Below are positions 17,850 through 32,100 of a DNA stretch of 64,000 nucleotides, in pieces (the stretch's first letter is position 1; each line of letters begins with the position of its first letter). A model generated the notes under the pieces. The model was given only the letters and a program-made list of their open reading frames with translations. It searched no databases and had not been told where the DNA came from. Source of the stretch: Myxococcota bacterium (GTDB lineage Bacteria; Myxococcota_A; SURF-8; G963663525); assembly GCA_963676915.2 (NCBI GenBank), contig CAXXVK010000043.1, positions 32,001 to 96,000 of the forward strand. Direction: 5' to 3'. Made by a program: the position numbers and the translations under genes.

Positions 17850-19694
17850 GTGACGATGACAAAGCAAGCAAACTCGAAATGGGTTACGATTCTCGTCCAG
17901 CCTTTCGGCAAACGTCTTCGTGCAAAACCCGGAACCCTTATTAGCGAAATTTTGGTAAACGAGGGCTTTATGCTCCCCTTGGACTGTGGTGGCCACGGGG
18001 TTTGCGGAAGTTGCCGGGTGCGTCTCCAAGGAAAAACCAGCCCACCGGACGAGGCAGAGATTCGCTTGAAGCAATCCGGTCGTTTGAAAGAGGACGAACG
18101 TCTGGCCTGCAAAACCCGGATAGAAGGCGATTGCGAGGTGGAGTTCTCCCGCCCGATCAGCGCCGGAGCGGAAAGCTGGCTGTTGGACGAACGCAGTCTC
18201 GACACGCTGTCTTTCGACAATCCGTTGATTGTTTCGGTCCCGTTGCAAGCCAGTGCACCCAGCCTGGATGATCCTCGTGCCGACGCTACCCGCGTGCTGG
18301 AAGATTCGCCGTCCCTGCAAGCTTGTTCCCACCTCGTTGCGGATTACGCCGTAGCCCGCGAACTGTCCATGAACGCGAGAGACTGGAACTGGAATTTTTC
18401 CGGTTTTATGCGTAACGAGGAGTTGGTGGGGATCGCTCCTGCCGGTGAACATCCGTTGGGACTGGCCGTAGACCTCGGTTCGACCAAACTTGCCGCGTAC
18501 TTGATTGACCTTCACGACGGAAAAATCCTGACCTCACGGGGAAGCGTCAACCCGCAAATCACGTCTGGTGCAGACGTGGTGACTCGTCTGCAAAAGGCCG
18601 TAAGCGACCCGGAAAGTCATCGACAACTTGTGACGATGATTCGTTCGGCAATCAGCGACCTCGTGACGGATCTCAGTACTCAGGCAAAGGCGTCACCGAA
18701 TCAAATCGCCGAAGCCTGTATCGTCGGCAATACCGTAATGACTCATTTGTATGCCGATCTCCCTCTAAAGCAGCTTGGCGCACCTCCCTTCGTGGCCTGT
18801 CTGGATCATGCCGTGGATATCAAAGCCCGTGAACTGGGACTTGAACTGGCACCCGGAGCTTACGTACACCTGCCGCCTTCCATTGGAGGATACGTAGGAG
18901 CGGACAACGTAGCCATGATTCTCGGTGCGGATCTCGATCAACCTTCCGGGCTGCGCCTGGGATTGGATATCGGCACCAATACGGAACTGGTCCTTTCCCA
19001 CACCCGACGGGCAATTGTTCATCACCTCCGCCCCTTCCGGACCGACTTTCGAGGGTGCTCATCTGAGTTCCGGGATGCGTGCGCTTTCCGGTGCCATTTC
19101 GCGCATATGGTTCGACGAGAGCGGACTTCGCTCCGAAACGGTGGACGGTAGCCCAGCGGCAGGATTGTGCGGCTTCCGGCTCCATCGACGCTATTGCCCA
19201 GTTGCTCGAACAGGGGTGGGATCAACGACCGTGGACACCTGGACCGTAACCGGTCCGAAGTGCTGCTCAAAGACGGTGTTCCTGCAGTGGCTTTAGCCAT
19301 GGGCGAACAGACGGTCCACGGTGACCCCGTCCTGTTGACCCAAGCCGATATCAGCCAGATTCAACTAGCGAAAAGCGCTATTTATGCGGCAGCGGACTCC
19401 CTGATGCGCGAAGCGGGAGTTCAGGCAAACGAGCTTGACGAAATTCTGCTGGCAGGATCTTTCGGCAGTCACATCGATGTGGTCAGCGCTCGGCGCATTG
19501 GCCTGGTGCCTGATTGCGAGAAAGCCGTTTACAAGCAGATCGGCAATGCAGCGGGTACGGGGGCAAGGCATTTGCTCAACGATCACGCCTACCGCGAACG
19601 TGCCGCCATTCTTTCTACCAAAGCACGATACCTGGAACTTTCCAACAAACCCACCTTCAAAACCGCCTTTGCCAAAGCTCTACGATTCGTTTGA
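17850..19694 (+). pseudogene. RACo/ASKHA (DUF4445) reductive activator of corrinoid proteins with N-terminal 2Fe-2S domain; three +1 frameshifts (probably sequencing errors)
   Basis: CGGHGVCGSC..RLAC ferredoxin; DLGST, DIGTNTE, GPTFEG, GLCGSG, LAGSFG and GNAAG motifs spread over three frames; extra bases near 18999, 19174 and 19213-19216. Confidence 0.85.
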
Positions 19695-19993
19695 TCGTCA
19701 CCAAACATCTGCTGGGGGGCTTGCTAGATTGGATAATTCAGGAGAAATCGTCGCGATAGACTGAAAATCGACGGATTTTCATAAAGTTGTAACGATTTTA
19801 ACGGAAGTAACCGTGATTGGTTGTTGAGTGTAAAAATCGTGAAACGAGTGAAAAAAACGAGAATTTTCAAGTCTTTGCAGCTTTTTGTGAATTATTCGGA
19901 GCAATTTGTTTTCTTCAGGTGATCCGTACCAAATCAAACCCGGATGGAGTTTTCAAATAGGACGGTTTTGTATCGGTAAGAATCTCTTCAAGA

Positions 19994-20021
19994 TTGACAA
20001 CCATGGAATCCATAGTAAAAT
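19994..20021 (+). promoter_or_regulatory. Putative sigma70 promoter of the giant adhesin
   Basis: TTGACA-16 nt-TAAAAT, with an ATGGA-A-TCCAT inverted repeat in the spacer. Confidence 0.45.
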
Positions 20022-20135
20022 TCATATTATAGAGATAGGTTTAGTAAAAATGGCGATACGAGATCGAGGAGACTTGTTTTGTATCGTTGAAAACAAAGAT
20101 AAACGATGTAAAAAATTGATTGGGGAGATTGATTC

Positions 20136-23100
20136 ATGAAAAGGCAAGCCATATTAGGCGTTTTTGCCGCACTTCTTTTTTTGATTCCATTCACGAAAGC
20201 CAATGCTGAAACGATTGTCAGCAGCAACATCCGAAGCGATACGACATGGACGCTGGACGGAAGTCCTTACATTGTCACGACAACGATTACACTGAGTGCT
20301 TCTTCGGCCAACCAGTCCGTTGGGTTGACCATCGAACCCGGCGTGGAAGTTCGATTTGATGAAGGAGCTAGGTTGTACGTCGGTGACTATCGAAGCTACA
20401 ATAATTATTATGGTTGGCTTTATGCCGTGGGGACCGCTGACGCTCCCATTGTTTTTACCGCTAATTCTGATACACCGACACCGGGATACTGGTCCGGCCT
20501 CTATTTCAAAGACCAAAACCTGGACAACTCAACGGTACTTGACCATGTGGTTGTTGAGTATGGTCAACCCAATGTGTATGCAACGAATACGATTTTATCC
20601 ATAAAAAACAGCGACATCCGCTTTAGCGGCGGTCATGGCATCCAAATCGCCGACAATGCCAACGTCACGATTGGTGGCGAGGATATCGGCAACAACATTT
20701 ACCAGAATATCGGCAACGGCATCTATCAAGCCGACTCCAGCGTTTCGCTCACGATTGGACACAACGATATTTATGAAAACGATGGCGCCGCTCTTCGTGT
20801 TGGAGTGAACAACAATGTTTACGGCAATGTGATCCACGATAACGGCTACGATGAAATCCAAACCTGGGGAGGAAGACTCACTGGTGCCGTGACTTGGCGG
20901 AATCAGAACGTTCCCATCGTCGTGTTGGCATCGATCACCGTTCGGGCTTCGGCAGCGAATCAAACAACGGGGTTGACGATCGAACCTGGCATTGAGGTAC
21001 GTTTCAATCAAAACACCATGATTTATGTGGGTGAGTACTACAGCTACAACCACTACTATGGATGGATCCATGCTGCGGGAACGGCTGACGCTCCCATTGT
21101 TTTTACTGCTAACTCCGATGAGCCTACCCCAGGTTTTTGGGGTGGTCTCCATTTCCGGAATGAAACCACCGATGCATCAGTGGTGCTGGACCATATCGTT
21201 GTCGAGTACGGTCAGCCGAACATCTACGCTACGAACGCAACGTTTGCGATTACCAACAGCGAAATTCGCTACAGTGGAAGTATAGGAATCCATGTCGATA
21301 CTAGCGCCAACATCACCATTGGTGGAGAAGATCAAGGCAACAGTATTTATCAGAACGCAACGTACGGTATCTATCAGGCCGATACCAGTGTCTCCCTCAA
21401 TGTCAGCCACAATGAACTTTACGAAAATGGCAGCATTCCTATGCGGGTTTGTGCCATATCCAATACCTTTTCCAACTCGATCCATGGAAATGGTCAGGAT
21501 GTGATCCAAGTATGGGGAGGAAGGCTCAATCGCGATCTGACTTGGTACAATCAGAACGTTCCCATTGTCGTATTGGCATCGATTACTGTCCGCGCTGCAT
21601 CGGCAAACCAGACTGTTGGTTTGACCATCGAACCCGGTTTGGAAATCCGTTTTGATCAAAATACCAAGCTATATATCGGTGAATACACCTCTTATAACAA
21701 TTACAATGGATGGATCAACGCTTCGGGAACCGCAGAATCTCCCATTGTTTTCACAGCCAATTCCGATGAACCCACGGCGGGATTTTGGGGCGGTCTCCAC
21801 TTTCAAGATCAAACTACCGATGCATCGGTGGTGCTGGACCATATCGTTGTCGAGTACGGTCAGCCGAACATCTATGCCACGAATGCGACGTTCGCTATCA
21901 CCAACAGCGAGATCCGCTACAGTGGTAGCATAGGTATCCATGTCGATACTAGCGCCAACATCACCATTGGTGGTGAAGCTCAAGGTAACAGCATCTATCA
22001 GAACACGACCTACGGTATCTTTCAGGCTGATTCCGGCATTTCCCTCGACATCGGACACAATGAAATCTACGAAAACGGGGGTATTGCATTGTATCTAGGC
22101 AGAAATTTCAATGCCTATTCCAATTCTATCCATGATAACGGCTATGACATTCTTCAAACCAGAGGCGGGCAATTGGACAAAACCGTCACTTGGTACAACC
22201 AGAACGTCCCCATTATCGTCACGTCAACAATCACCGTGCGTTCAACCACGGCGAACCAGAATGTGGGTTTGACCATTCAGCCCGGTGTCGAAGTTCGCTT
22301 CAATGAGAATACCAAGATCTATTTCGGTCAATACGTTAGTTACAACCATTACAATGGTTGGATCAATGCGGCAGGAACGGCAGAGAACCCGATTGTTTTT
22401 ACCGCCAATTCCGATGAACCGACACCAGGATTCTGGGGCGGTCTTAGCTTTCGTAATGAAACAATAGACGATTCGGTTGTGCTCGATCATGTCATCATTG
22501 AGTACGGTCAGCCCAATCTCTATGCCTACGATGCTGCTTTTGCCATTACCAACAGTGAACTGCGTTTTAGCGGCAGCATGGGAATTCACATCGCCAATAA
22601 CGCCAACCTCACGATCGGCGGAGTGGATCAGGGAAATAAAATTTATCAAAACACGACCTACGGAATTTATCAGGATGATTCCAGCGTCATGCCCGATATC
22701 GGCTACAACGAGATCTACGAAAACGCGGGTATCGCTCTGCTCATGGGCAGGAATATGAATGTCCATGATAACAGCATTTACGACAACGGAACGAACCGTA
22801 TTCAGGTTCGCGGTGGCACTTTAACCGCTACCACAACCTGGCACAACCAAATCACTCCTGTTCCGATCGAACCTCTGGCTGAAATCACTATTCGTGCGTC
22901 GTCAGCCAACCAGTCTGCCGGGTTGACCATCGAACCCGGTGTGCAAATTCTCTGTAACCAGGATTTCCGATTCATTCTCGGTATTTATACCAGTTACAAC
23001 AACTATTACGGCTGGATCAACGCTACAGGGACGGCAGACAAGCCCATTGTTTTCACACCGAATACCGACGAACCGACACCGGGATTTTGGAAAGGAATTT

Positions 23101-26100
23101 ATTTCCGTGACCAGACCAACGATACCCTATCGGTTTTGTCTCATGTGGAAATGCATTATGCCGGGCAGGAAGGCACCGCTGCCATCTACCTGGCGAGTGC
23201 CAGTCCGACGATTACCGACTCGTTGATCGAGCACAGTGCGACGTACGGAATTTATGCCGACGACGGAGCGCTTAACGCAACGATTGCAAACAATACTTTC
23301 TTAAACAACGGGGCGGCTCCGATTTCCGTGCTTCCGAATGCCGTCGAAACGATTCGTGGCAACACAGGGCAGGGGCGAATCACGATTCGTGGTGGTACCC
23401 AAACTCGAACGGTAACACTTCACAAGCAGGATCTCGATTTTACCGTTTCTGGATCTATCACCGTACGATCCTCCTCGGCTAACCAATCCTCCGGCCTGAC
23501 GATAGAGCCTGGTACGAATATTCTCTTCGATGAAGGTACTTATATTCATGTGGGGATTTACACCAGCTACAATAATTATTATGGTTGGATCAATGCTACA
23601 GGTACGGCCAACAGTCCGATTGTTTTTACAGCCAACACCACGGAGCCTACACCCGGATTCTGGGGGGGGCTGAACTTCCGTGACCAAACCAACGACAGCT
23701 TGACGGTTCTCGATCACGTGATCGTTGAATATGGCCAACCCAATATCCAAGCTACCAATGCAGCGATAACGTTGAAAAACAGCGACATCCGTTTCAGTGG
23801 TACGAACGGCCTCCAATTTTCGGAAAACTCATGGGGGACGATAGGTACGGAGGACAACGGTAACAGGATTTACCGAAACACCAGTTACGGGATCTATCAA
23901 GATAACGGGAACGGAGTACCGGCAGTCGGTTACAACGAAATCTATGAAAACGGAGAAGTGGCTGCACGTTTAGGACGCAATTTCAACGCATATGGCAATG
24001 TTATTCACGACAATGGTGCCGATGAAGTGCAGACCTGGGGTGGAAGTCTGGATCGCAGTGTGACATGGCACAACCAGAACGTTCCCATCGTTGTATTGAA
24101 TTCTGTCACGGTTCGAGGGGCTTCTGCCAACCAGACTGTCGGCTTGACCATCGAGCCCGGCACGGAAATTCGATTCAATGAGGGGAAGACGCTGATTTTC
24201 GGTATCTACACAAGCTTCAACGATCACTATGGATGGATCAATGCCACGGGAACACCGGAAGCCCCCATCCTGTTCACCGCAAATGCCAATCCACCTACGC
24301 CGGGATTTTGGAACGGTATTTACTTCAGAACTCAAACCTCGGATGCCAATACGGTTCTTGACCACGTTATTGTCGAGTACGCAGGGTATAGCAGCAATGC
24401 CAATATTTATGCGGAGTCCGCAGCGGTTACGATTCAAAACTCGACCATTCGTCATAGTTCCAATACGGGAATCTATCTGGATGACGGTTCCAACGGTACG
24501 ACGATTACGGACAATGAATTTTACGATAACGCCGTAGCCGCTATCAGCGGGTTACCCAATGCCGTAAACAATATGTCGGGCAATGCCGGAGAGGGCCGCA
24601 TTCACATACGTGGTGGGAACTTTACACTGTCGAGCGGTACATGGCGACGGCAAGGATTGGACTATGAAGTGACGGGATCGGTTACCGTTCGTGGCTCCAG
24701 TGCCAACCAAACCTCTGTTCTCACGATCGATCCGGGTGTAACCGTGCGATTCCGAAGCGGAACGAACCTCTCCTTCGGTATTTATACAAGTTTCAATAAT
24801 CACTATGGTGCATTATGGGCCAAGGGACTCGAAAACCTGCCGATTCGCTTCAGTTCGGCTTCGGATCTTCCTGCTCCCGGCGATTGGAACGGACTTTATT
24901 TTCGTACCTACACCGTCGATGCCTCGACTACCATGGAAAACTGCATTGTGGAGTACGCTGGCACGAACGTGTACGTAGACAACGCCAATTTCGCATTCAG
25001 TAAAAATACGCTTCAATATGGAAACGCCAACGGCTTGACAGTTAGCGGAGGGCAGGCCGATGGCATGCTCATCGAGTGTAACAACTTCAAAGGTAACAAC
25101 GTGGGGGTTTCCATAACGGATGGAGCCGACCCCAGACTTTTCAACAATAACTTTATTGAAAATATCCAGGATGGCGTCAATAATTCTGGATCGTCTACGG
25201 GTATCGATGCCATCGGAAACTGGTGGAACGATCCGGGGGGACCGGCAACAGGCGATCCCGCGACCGGTGCCGTGCTGTATGAACCGGTTTTGACGGAGCC
25301 ATCCACGTGCGTTTCATTGCCGCCGGACAATTTCCCTCCCTACTCGCCCATGCATCCTACGCCGGAGGATGGTGCTACGGATGTAGCTCTCGATGAACTG
25401 AACAACCTCCAGCTTTCATGGCGTGGCGGAGATCCCGACCCGGCTGACGAAATCTTCTACGACGTGTATTTCTCCACCGATCCAGACGCGCTGATGCTTA
25501 TTGCATCGGATGTAACGGAAACCTCGTTTGAGGTTAACGATCTCGCTGTTGGGATGCGCTATTATTGGCAAGTCGTGGCCAAAGACGGAGCCGAAAATGA
25601 AACTCAGGGAGCGGTGTGGCAATTCGTTACTGCCGGTCCTCCTCCCGACTTGGCATTGAGCGGATTGGAGATCGATGTTCCCGAAGGTGGTCTATTCAGC
25701 GGAATGGAAACCACAATTCGGGTTACGGTCACGAATGTGGGGGCTGGGCCGGTTTCCATACCTTTTTCCACCGATTTAAATGTGAATCAAGCCTTGTACG
25801 AATCGCAGTCAATCGACCGGGTGATGATCACTGACGAGGCTGAAACGCTCTCTTTCACATGGCTTGCCAAAGCTGGAACCCATACCGGTGAATTTGTTGT
25901 GGATACGGATAATATCGTGGAGGAATCCGACGAAACAAACAATATCTTGACCTTCGATCTACCTGAAATTCCTTACCCTGACCTGGTTGTTCACGACATA
26001 TCGTTACTCACGGAAGTTCCGGTACAGGGTGAGATTTCCTCCGTGCAGGTTACGTTGGACAACCTTGGTGCGACGACGGTGAAAGACTTGCTTGTCGAAC

Positions 26101-29100
26101 TTGAATCGAGGGGAACAACCTTTTCGAACTGGCAAACCGGCGGTTTGGTAGCCGGAGACTTCCCGACACTTATCTTCGAAGTTCCAACACCCGCTGGAGA
26201 GTTTTCTGTCACTGCCTTTGTAGATGCAACCGGTCTTGTTACGGAATCGGATGAAGCAAACAACAGGGTGACTCAGACGCTAGCGACCATTCCTTATCCC
26301 GACTTGATGGGGATGGAACTGGTCGTCGATCCACCATCGCCATATATCAACGAGACCGTGACGGTTTCTCTTGCCTTGGGTAACGAAGGTGAAGGCGGCA
26401 CAGTTCTGCCATTCGACGTGGCACTGTATGTAGATGAAACCAAAGTCGATACTGTTCGGGTAAACGATCCCCTGCGTACTGCTGAGGATAGTATACCGGT
26501 AGAACTTGAATGGGTCGCTCAGTCGGGATTGCACACACTGGAGGTACGAATCGACGAAAAACTGGAAGTGGAAGAAAGCGATGAAGCGGACAATATCATT
26601 GCGGTGGGCGAGCTGGAAATGCTGCTTCCCGACTATGTTCCCACGCTATCCGACTTCCGGCCCGAGCAGATTTCTCAGGGTGAATCGGTTTATTTTACAG
26701 CTACGGTTGAAAACCAGGGAGAGGGCGCGAATATTTTACCGATAAAAGCTCGTTTCTATATCGATGATTCGGCTTTCAACACAACCGAAATGCTTACTTG
26801 GCTGGAAACCGGAGCCTTGGCACAAGTTACAAACGATACGGCGTGGAGAGCACAGGCCGGGGAACATTGCTATACCATTATCGTAAATCCGGACGGAAGT
26901 ATGCCGGAGGCCAACCTTGAGAACAATAGCATTACGGATTGCCTGCCGTTGATCGAGCAACCCGACCTGACATTGATCTCCCTGACGTATGATCCAACCG
27001 AACTTGTTCTGGGTAACGTCATTTCGTTCAGTACGACGGTTAAAAATGTGGGGACTGGAGATACCTGGCTTCCCTTCTCTATCGCGCTTTATGCCAATGA
27101 TTCCAGACAAGCGGGCGCGAAGACCGTGGAAATTCTTGAAGTTAACCAGGAGCAGACTGTTACCCTGCCATGGCGGGTAACATCCGGTGACTGGACGATC
27201 AAGGTTGTGGCGGATGCGGATGACAATGTGGAAGAATTCGATGAAACCAACAACGTTTCCGAACTTGTTTTACCACACATTTACAGCAAACCTGACATCA
27301 CCGTGTCTCTTGACGACTATGAGGGTGAAATCGTCTGGGGTGAACGCACCGTTTCCTGGACGGCCAGTCATAACGAAGAGGTTGAGATTTCTCGTGTACG
27401 TATCTATGCCAGACATAATGGAGATACATTGTTATCTGATACGACCGAGGCACTAGGTAACATACCTTGGGATACGTCTTCATTCCCGGATGGTACCTAC
27501 CGTTTACGGGGTATCGTCACGGATGCCAATGGCGCGGAAGACGAGTTTTTTACCGGTTCTTTCGAGGTGAAAAACGCCCGGTCGATTACATTGAGTTCCT
27601 CTCCAACATCCTGGCAATCAGGCAGAATCAATGAAGAACTCACGTTTCAGATTACGGTTCGCAATTTGCAACCCGAAGAAGATACGATCAAGATTTCTTC
27701 GATCAATTCGGACAATATTTTCAGTTTGGCGATCGATGATGCGGAACTCACTATTCCGGCTTGGGGTAGTTCTTCTACAACCGTTCGTTCTATAGCGGAT
27801 GCAACCGGTACTTATGCCTTCGTCGTTGAAGGCGTTTCCGACTCCAATCCGGCACTGGCAGACAGTGTTGATCTAAGTGTTCGAGTCAGCGATCCCTTCC
27901 GATTCTCGCTATCCCCTGACAATATCAGTACAAGCCTCGGCGACAAGTTGTCGTACTCGCTCATCGTCACCAACCAGTTGACCATTGCCGATACCTACAG
28001 TTTCTCTGTTTCCGGTTTCCCGGAAGGTTGGGTTACGACGCCAGATTCCGTGATGTTGAATCCCGGAGAAACTAGAATCGTAAGTATGACGGTTGAGGAA
28101 GTCGACCAGACCGGGGAATTCGAACTCACGGTTGAAACCACCTCCACCGAAACTGGAGTGATGAAATCGGAATCGAGCAGTCTGTCCACCGTTGCCGACC
28201 CGAAAATTACATGGCTTTGGCCGGAAAACGGCTACCGCAGTGGCAGTGACCGCATTCTGATTCAATGGGAAACCAACGTTTCGACATTGGCAACAGCTTA
28301 TGTACGTCACGATGGTGATACCGAATGGACATCATACGACGCACAGGATGGACTGTTTCATGGTGTTTGGATTGAAGGATTACAACGTAACACAACCTAC
28401 GAATATTACGTGGAAAGCACCAATGACTTTGGAAGTGCAACTTCCAACGTGCGTTCATTCACGGTTTTGAACGGAGTGGTATTTTCCGAAAGCAGTCATA
28501 ATTTTTCCTTGTACAGAGGCAAGAGCGAAGAATTTTCGATTTCCGTCCAGAATACGGACTCGATTCCTCACCAGATCATGGTCTATGTTCTAGACCCGCC
28601 TGAGGATCTGAACGTCGGGATTGTCGGGCCCGGTTCCGGTCGAGGTGAAACGCTGATCGTCCCCTCTGGAGGGGTGGCTTCTTTGACACTGGCAGCTCAT
28701 GCACAGGACAGTCTTTTGGATGACTATGCTTTTTCCTTGAACCTTGAAACGGTTGATGAGGGAACCGTCATTTTCGACCAAACACAGGTGGCGATTCATG
28801 TCATGGACCTGGCCGTCGATTTTTCCGTGGCATATGTTTCAGAGAATGCCGCAACATTGTCTCAACGCTACAGAATCACAAACCGTGGTGCGGCGATCAA
28901 CGACCTTAGCGTGATTTTGGATGAACTGCTCGCCGAAGGCGCGACGATCGTGCCGTTGATCGACCATGCCTTCCTCGATGAAGGCGAGACATTGGAGTTC
29001 GATGTTATTCCGGATATCACACCACCTTTCTCTGCAATTGGCGGAACGATGACCGTTACAGGCGGCGGACATACGGTTGAAAAAACGCTCACTTTCTCTT

Positions 29101-32100
29101 TACCTCCCTCGTACGATACGTTTACCTATCGATTGTCGGAAGCGGAGTGCGCTTTCAACCCAACCCAAGGAACGTTTACAACTCAAGACTTTGACAACCG
29201 CTATACTTCATTTACTTGGGAAGCCGGTCGTACGAACCTCATCAACTGGAGTGTCGATGATCGTGAGGAAGAACTTTACGAACCTAGCGATACTGAACTC
29301 GCTGAGGGTATCCAGGTGTTCGATGCTTCGGTCTCCATGCTTCTGAACGATAATACTTTGACGTTTACATTCGATGGTCTCGTTCAGAATCCTTATGTAG
29401 ATCCGGGCGACGATGTTCCCATGGTGCGACGACGTATCTCATGGTCAAGTTCGGTGGATTCGGCTACAACCGAATCATCGGTCGTGAACGTTTTCCACAG
29501 TGCAGATGCTTTCGAAAGTTATCTTGATCTCCAAGATGTAATCGGTGCGGCTGATGGAACTCAGCAAGAGAAAGTCAATCTTTTCTGGGCTGCGAAAGCT
29601 TCGTCGGATCTTTCATCGATCATCGCAATGGAAGGTAGTCAGGATCCTTTGCTGGAACTGGCCGCCACGACGTTGAAAGACTGGGTAGCCGATAGCACTG
29701 GACCATGGCAATTCATGGGGCTTTTCGAGAAAGTTTCCACGGGAGCCAACAGTTACACCACAAACCGTCAGCGTGTGGAATCGTCAGTGGCAACGCCAGC
29801 CGGTTTAACGCCTGAAGACTTAACATCCGCGTACCTGGGTTTCCACTTCAGTCCGCAATCTCATTTGACTCCCCACGATGTGGATATTTTCTTCAACGAT
29901 TGGCTGGTTGGAAATTTCAGGCAGGATGCGCCACGAGGTTATTTCTTCTACGGTCTGGAGGCATACCAAGTCTTTTTCGGCATGGGTGCAACCAACCAAG
30001 TGGCTGTGACTATCTATAACAACAAGCCTGGCGAGTACTCGATTCTTTACGATTTTTCACTGCTTTTTACTCTGCTGGACCAGGAAATTTCTTACGTTGC
30101 AGTCAGCGAAGCTGAGGCACTTCAGGAACTTTGCGCTACATATTCAGACCTTTTGCGACGAACCGACCTTGCCGCTTATGAAACCTCTATCGCCTTGCCG
30201 GAGTCGACGATTCTTATCGATCGAGAAACGAACCTCGATTTGACCGTGTTCAATCGAGGTTCCGTTGCGGGTGTGGCGCTTGCCAGCTTATCCATTGACG
30301 ATCAAAGCGTTTGGGAGGACTTCGTTTACGTGCCGGGATTGGGAAGAACGGATTTCCCAATATCCTGGACACCGACGGAAGCCGGTGAACATTCGGTCAT
30401 TTTGTCGCTGATGCCTTTCGGACCGGACCGAGACAGTGCAAACGACCAGGTTTCCGTTTCTATTTCCGTTGTCGATCAGCTTACACATGAACTAACCGTG
30501 GTGATTACACCGCCAGAAACCGGGAGCGTACAAGGTGTCGGTATAGACTGTCCCGAGGATTGCGGAGAAACCATTACCGATGGCGAAATTATAGATCTCC
30601 AGGCAATTCCGCATACGGGATACGAATTTATCGGTTGGAAAGGAGACGATACTTCTGCCGATCCCAACCTTCAGGTCACCATGGATGGTCCGAAGAGCTA
30701 TCTTGCCGAGTTCGCCTGTATCGAATTGGCGAAGCCTGTTCTCACAACCGATGTGGAGGGCGTTTACAACGAGGTTCCTTATGATCTTTCCTGGGAAACC
30801 GTCGATGTGGCGACCGGTTATGTTTTTCAGGAAAGCATGGACCCCGATTTCCTGGCATGGGATGAGACCTCGACGGAATTGTTAACTCAAGATTATGAAA
30901 AGTTCGTCGATACAACAACAACGTTCTACTACCGTGTCAAAGCCGTTTCCGATTGCGGTGAGAGTGCTTGGTCTGACACGGTATCTGTCGTCGTTTCCGA
31001 CCATCACCTTTATACGCTTGATGTGGCTGTAGAAGGACCGGGAACTATCGAGGGTACGGGCATCGTCTGTCCCGAAGATTGTCAGGAAAGTATCGAGGAA
31101 ACATTCTCTGTCAGCCTTGAAGCCCTGCCTGACTACGCTCATGCATTTGTGCAATGGAATGTTACCGGATCTGAAACACCTGTATTCGATAACCCTTACG
31201 TTTTCGATATGGACGGAGATACCAATACCACAGCCGTCTTTGAATGTTTCCAGCCGGATCCAAGCGTAGCCCAGACCTCGAACTCTCAGGTAGAATGGCT
31301 TGAATCCTACACCATCTCCTGGTCGGGTGTTGATTATGCCGAGGGGTATGAAATCGAGGAATCGCTATCACCCGATTTTGCCGAATCCGTAACGATTCAA
31401 ACAACGGATATCGAACAGAGCTACCAGCATGAAGTCGATGTGGACACAACTTATTACTACCGAATCAAAGCAAGGACACCTTGTACGGTCACGGAGTCTT
31501 CCGAAACCGTTTCCGTTACAGTTTTGGCACGCGATGAGTACACGGTTACAGTGGGTGTCACGGGTGAAGGTTCCATCGAAGGCTCCGAACTGGCTTGTCC
31601 TGGTACCTGCATGGCAACGTACTATGAAAATTCACCTGTTTCCTTCACGGCTATTGCCGCCCAAGGCTGGCGTTTCGATCGCTGGGAAGGCGACATCCAA
31701 CAGACCCAGGCCGAAGTCTCCATAGAGGCCATTTTGCAAAACTATACACTGACAGCAGTATTCGAAATGATCGAACCGGTCATTGAAGTCGTACCGCTGG
31801 CTATCGATTTCGGTGAAGTGTCCGTCGCCGGAGCCGGAGAATATCGTGAAGTTTCGATCACAAATACTGGTGGTGCAACGTTAAACGTTAGCAGTATCGG
31901 GATGACTGCGGAGACGCCTTACTCTTTCTCTTTGATAAGCGAGACGTGCACAAGGGCTTCGTTGGCCCGTAATGAACATTGTGTGCTTCAAGTCCGTTTT
32001 TCGCCCGTTCGTGCGGAACAAGTGCAGGGTGGCTTGTGGGTCCACAGCAACGATCCAAATCAAAGTGAGGTGGTAATAACACTCGAAGGCAAGGGTGTGG

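Noticed and set aside
20325-25000. Repeats considered as a CRISPR array or DGR template/variable pair (AAC-rich loops)
   Set aside because: They are in-frame coding repeats of about 570-650 bp with synonymous divergence, not adenine-specific; no cas or RT gene.
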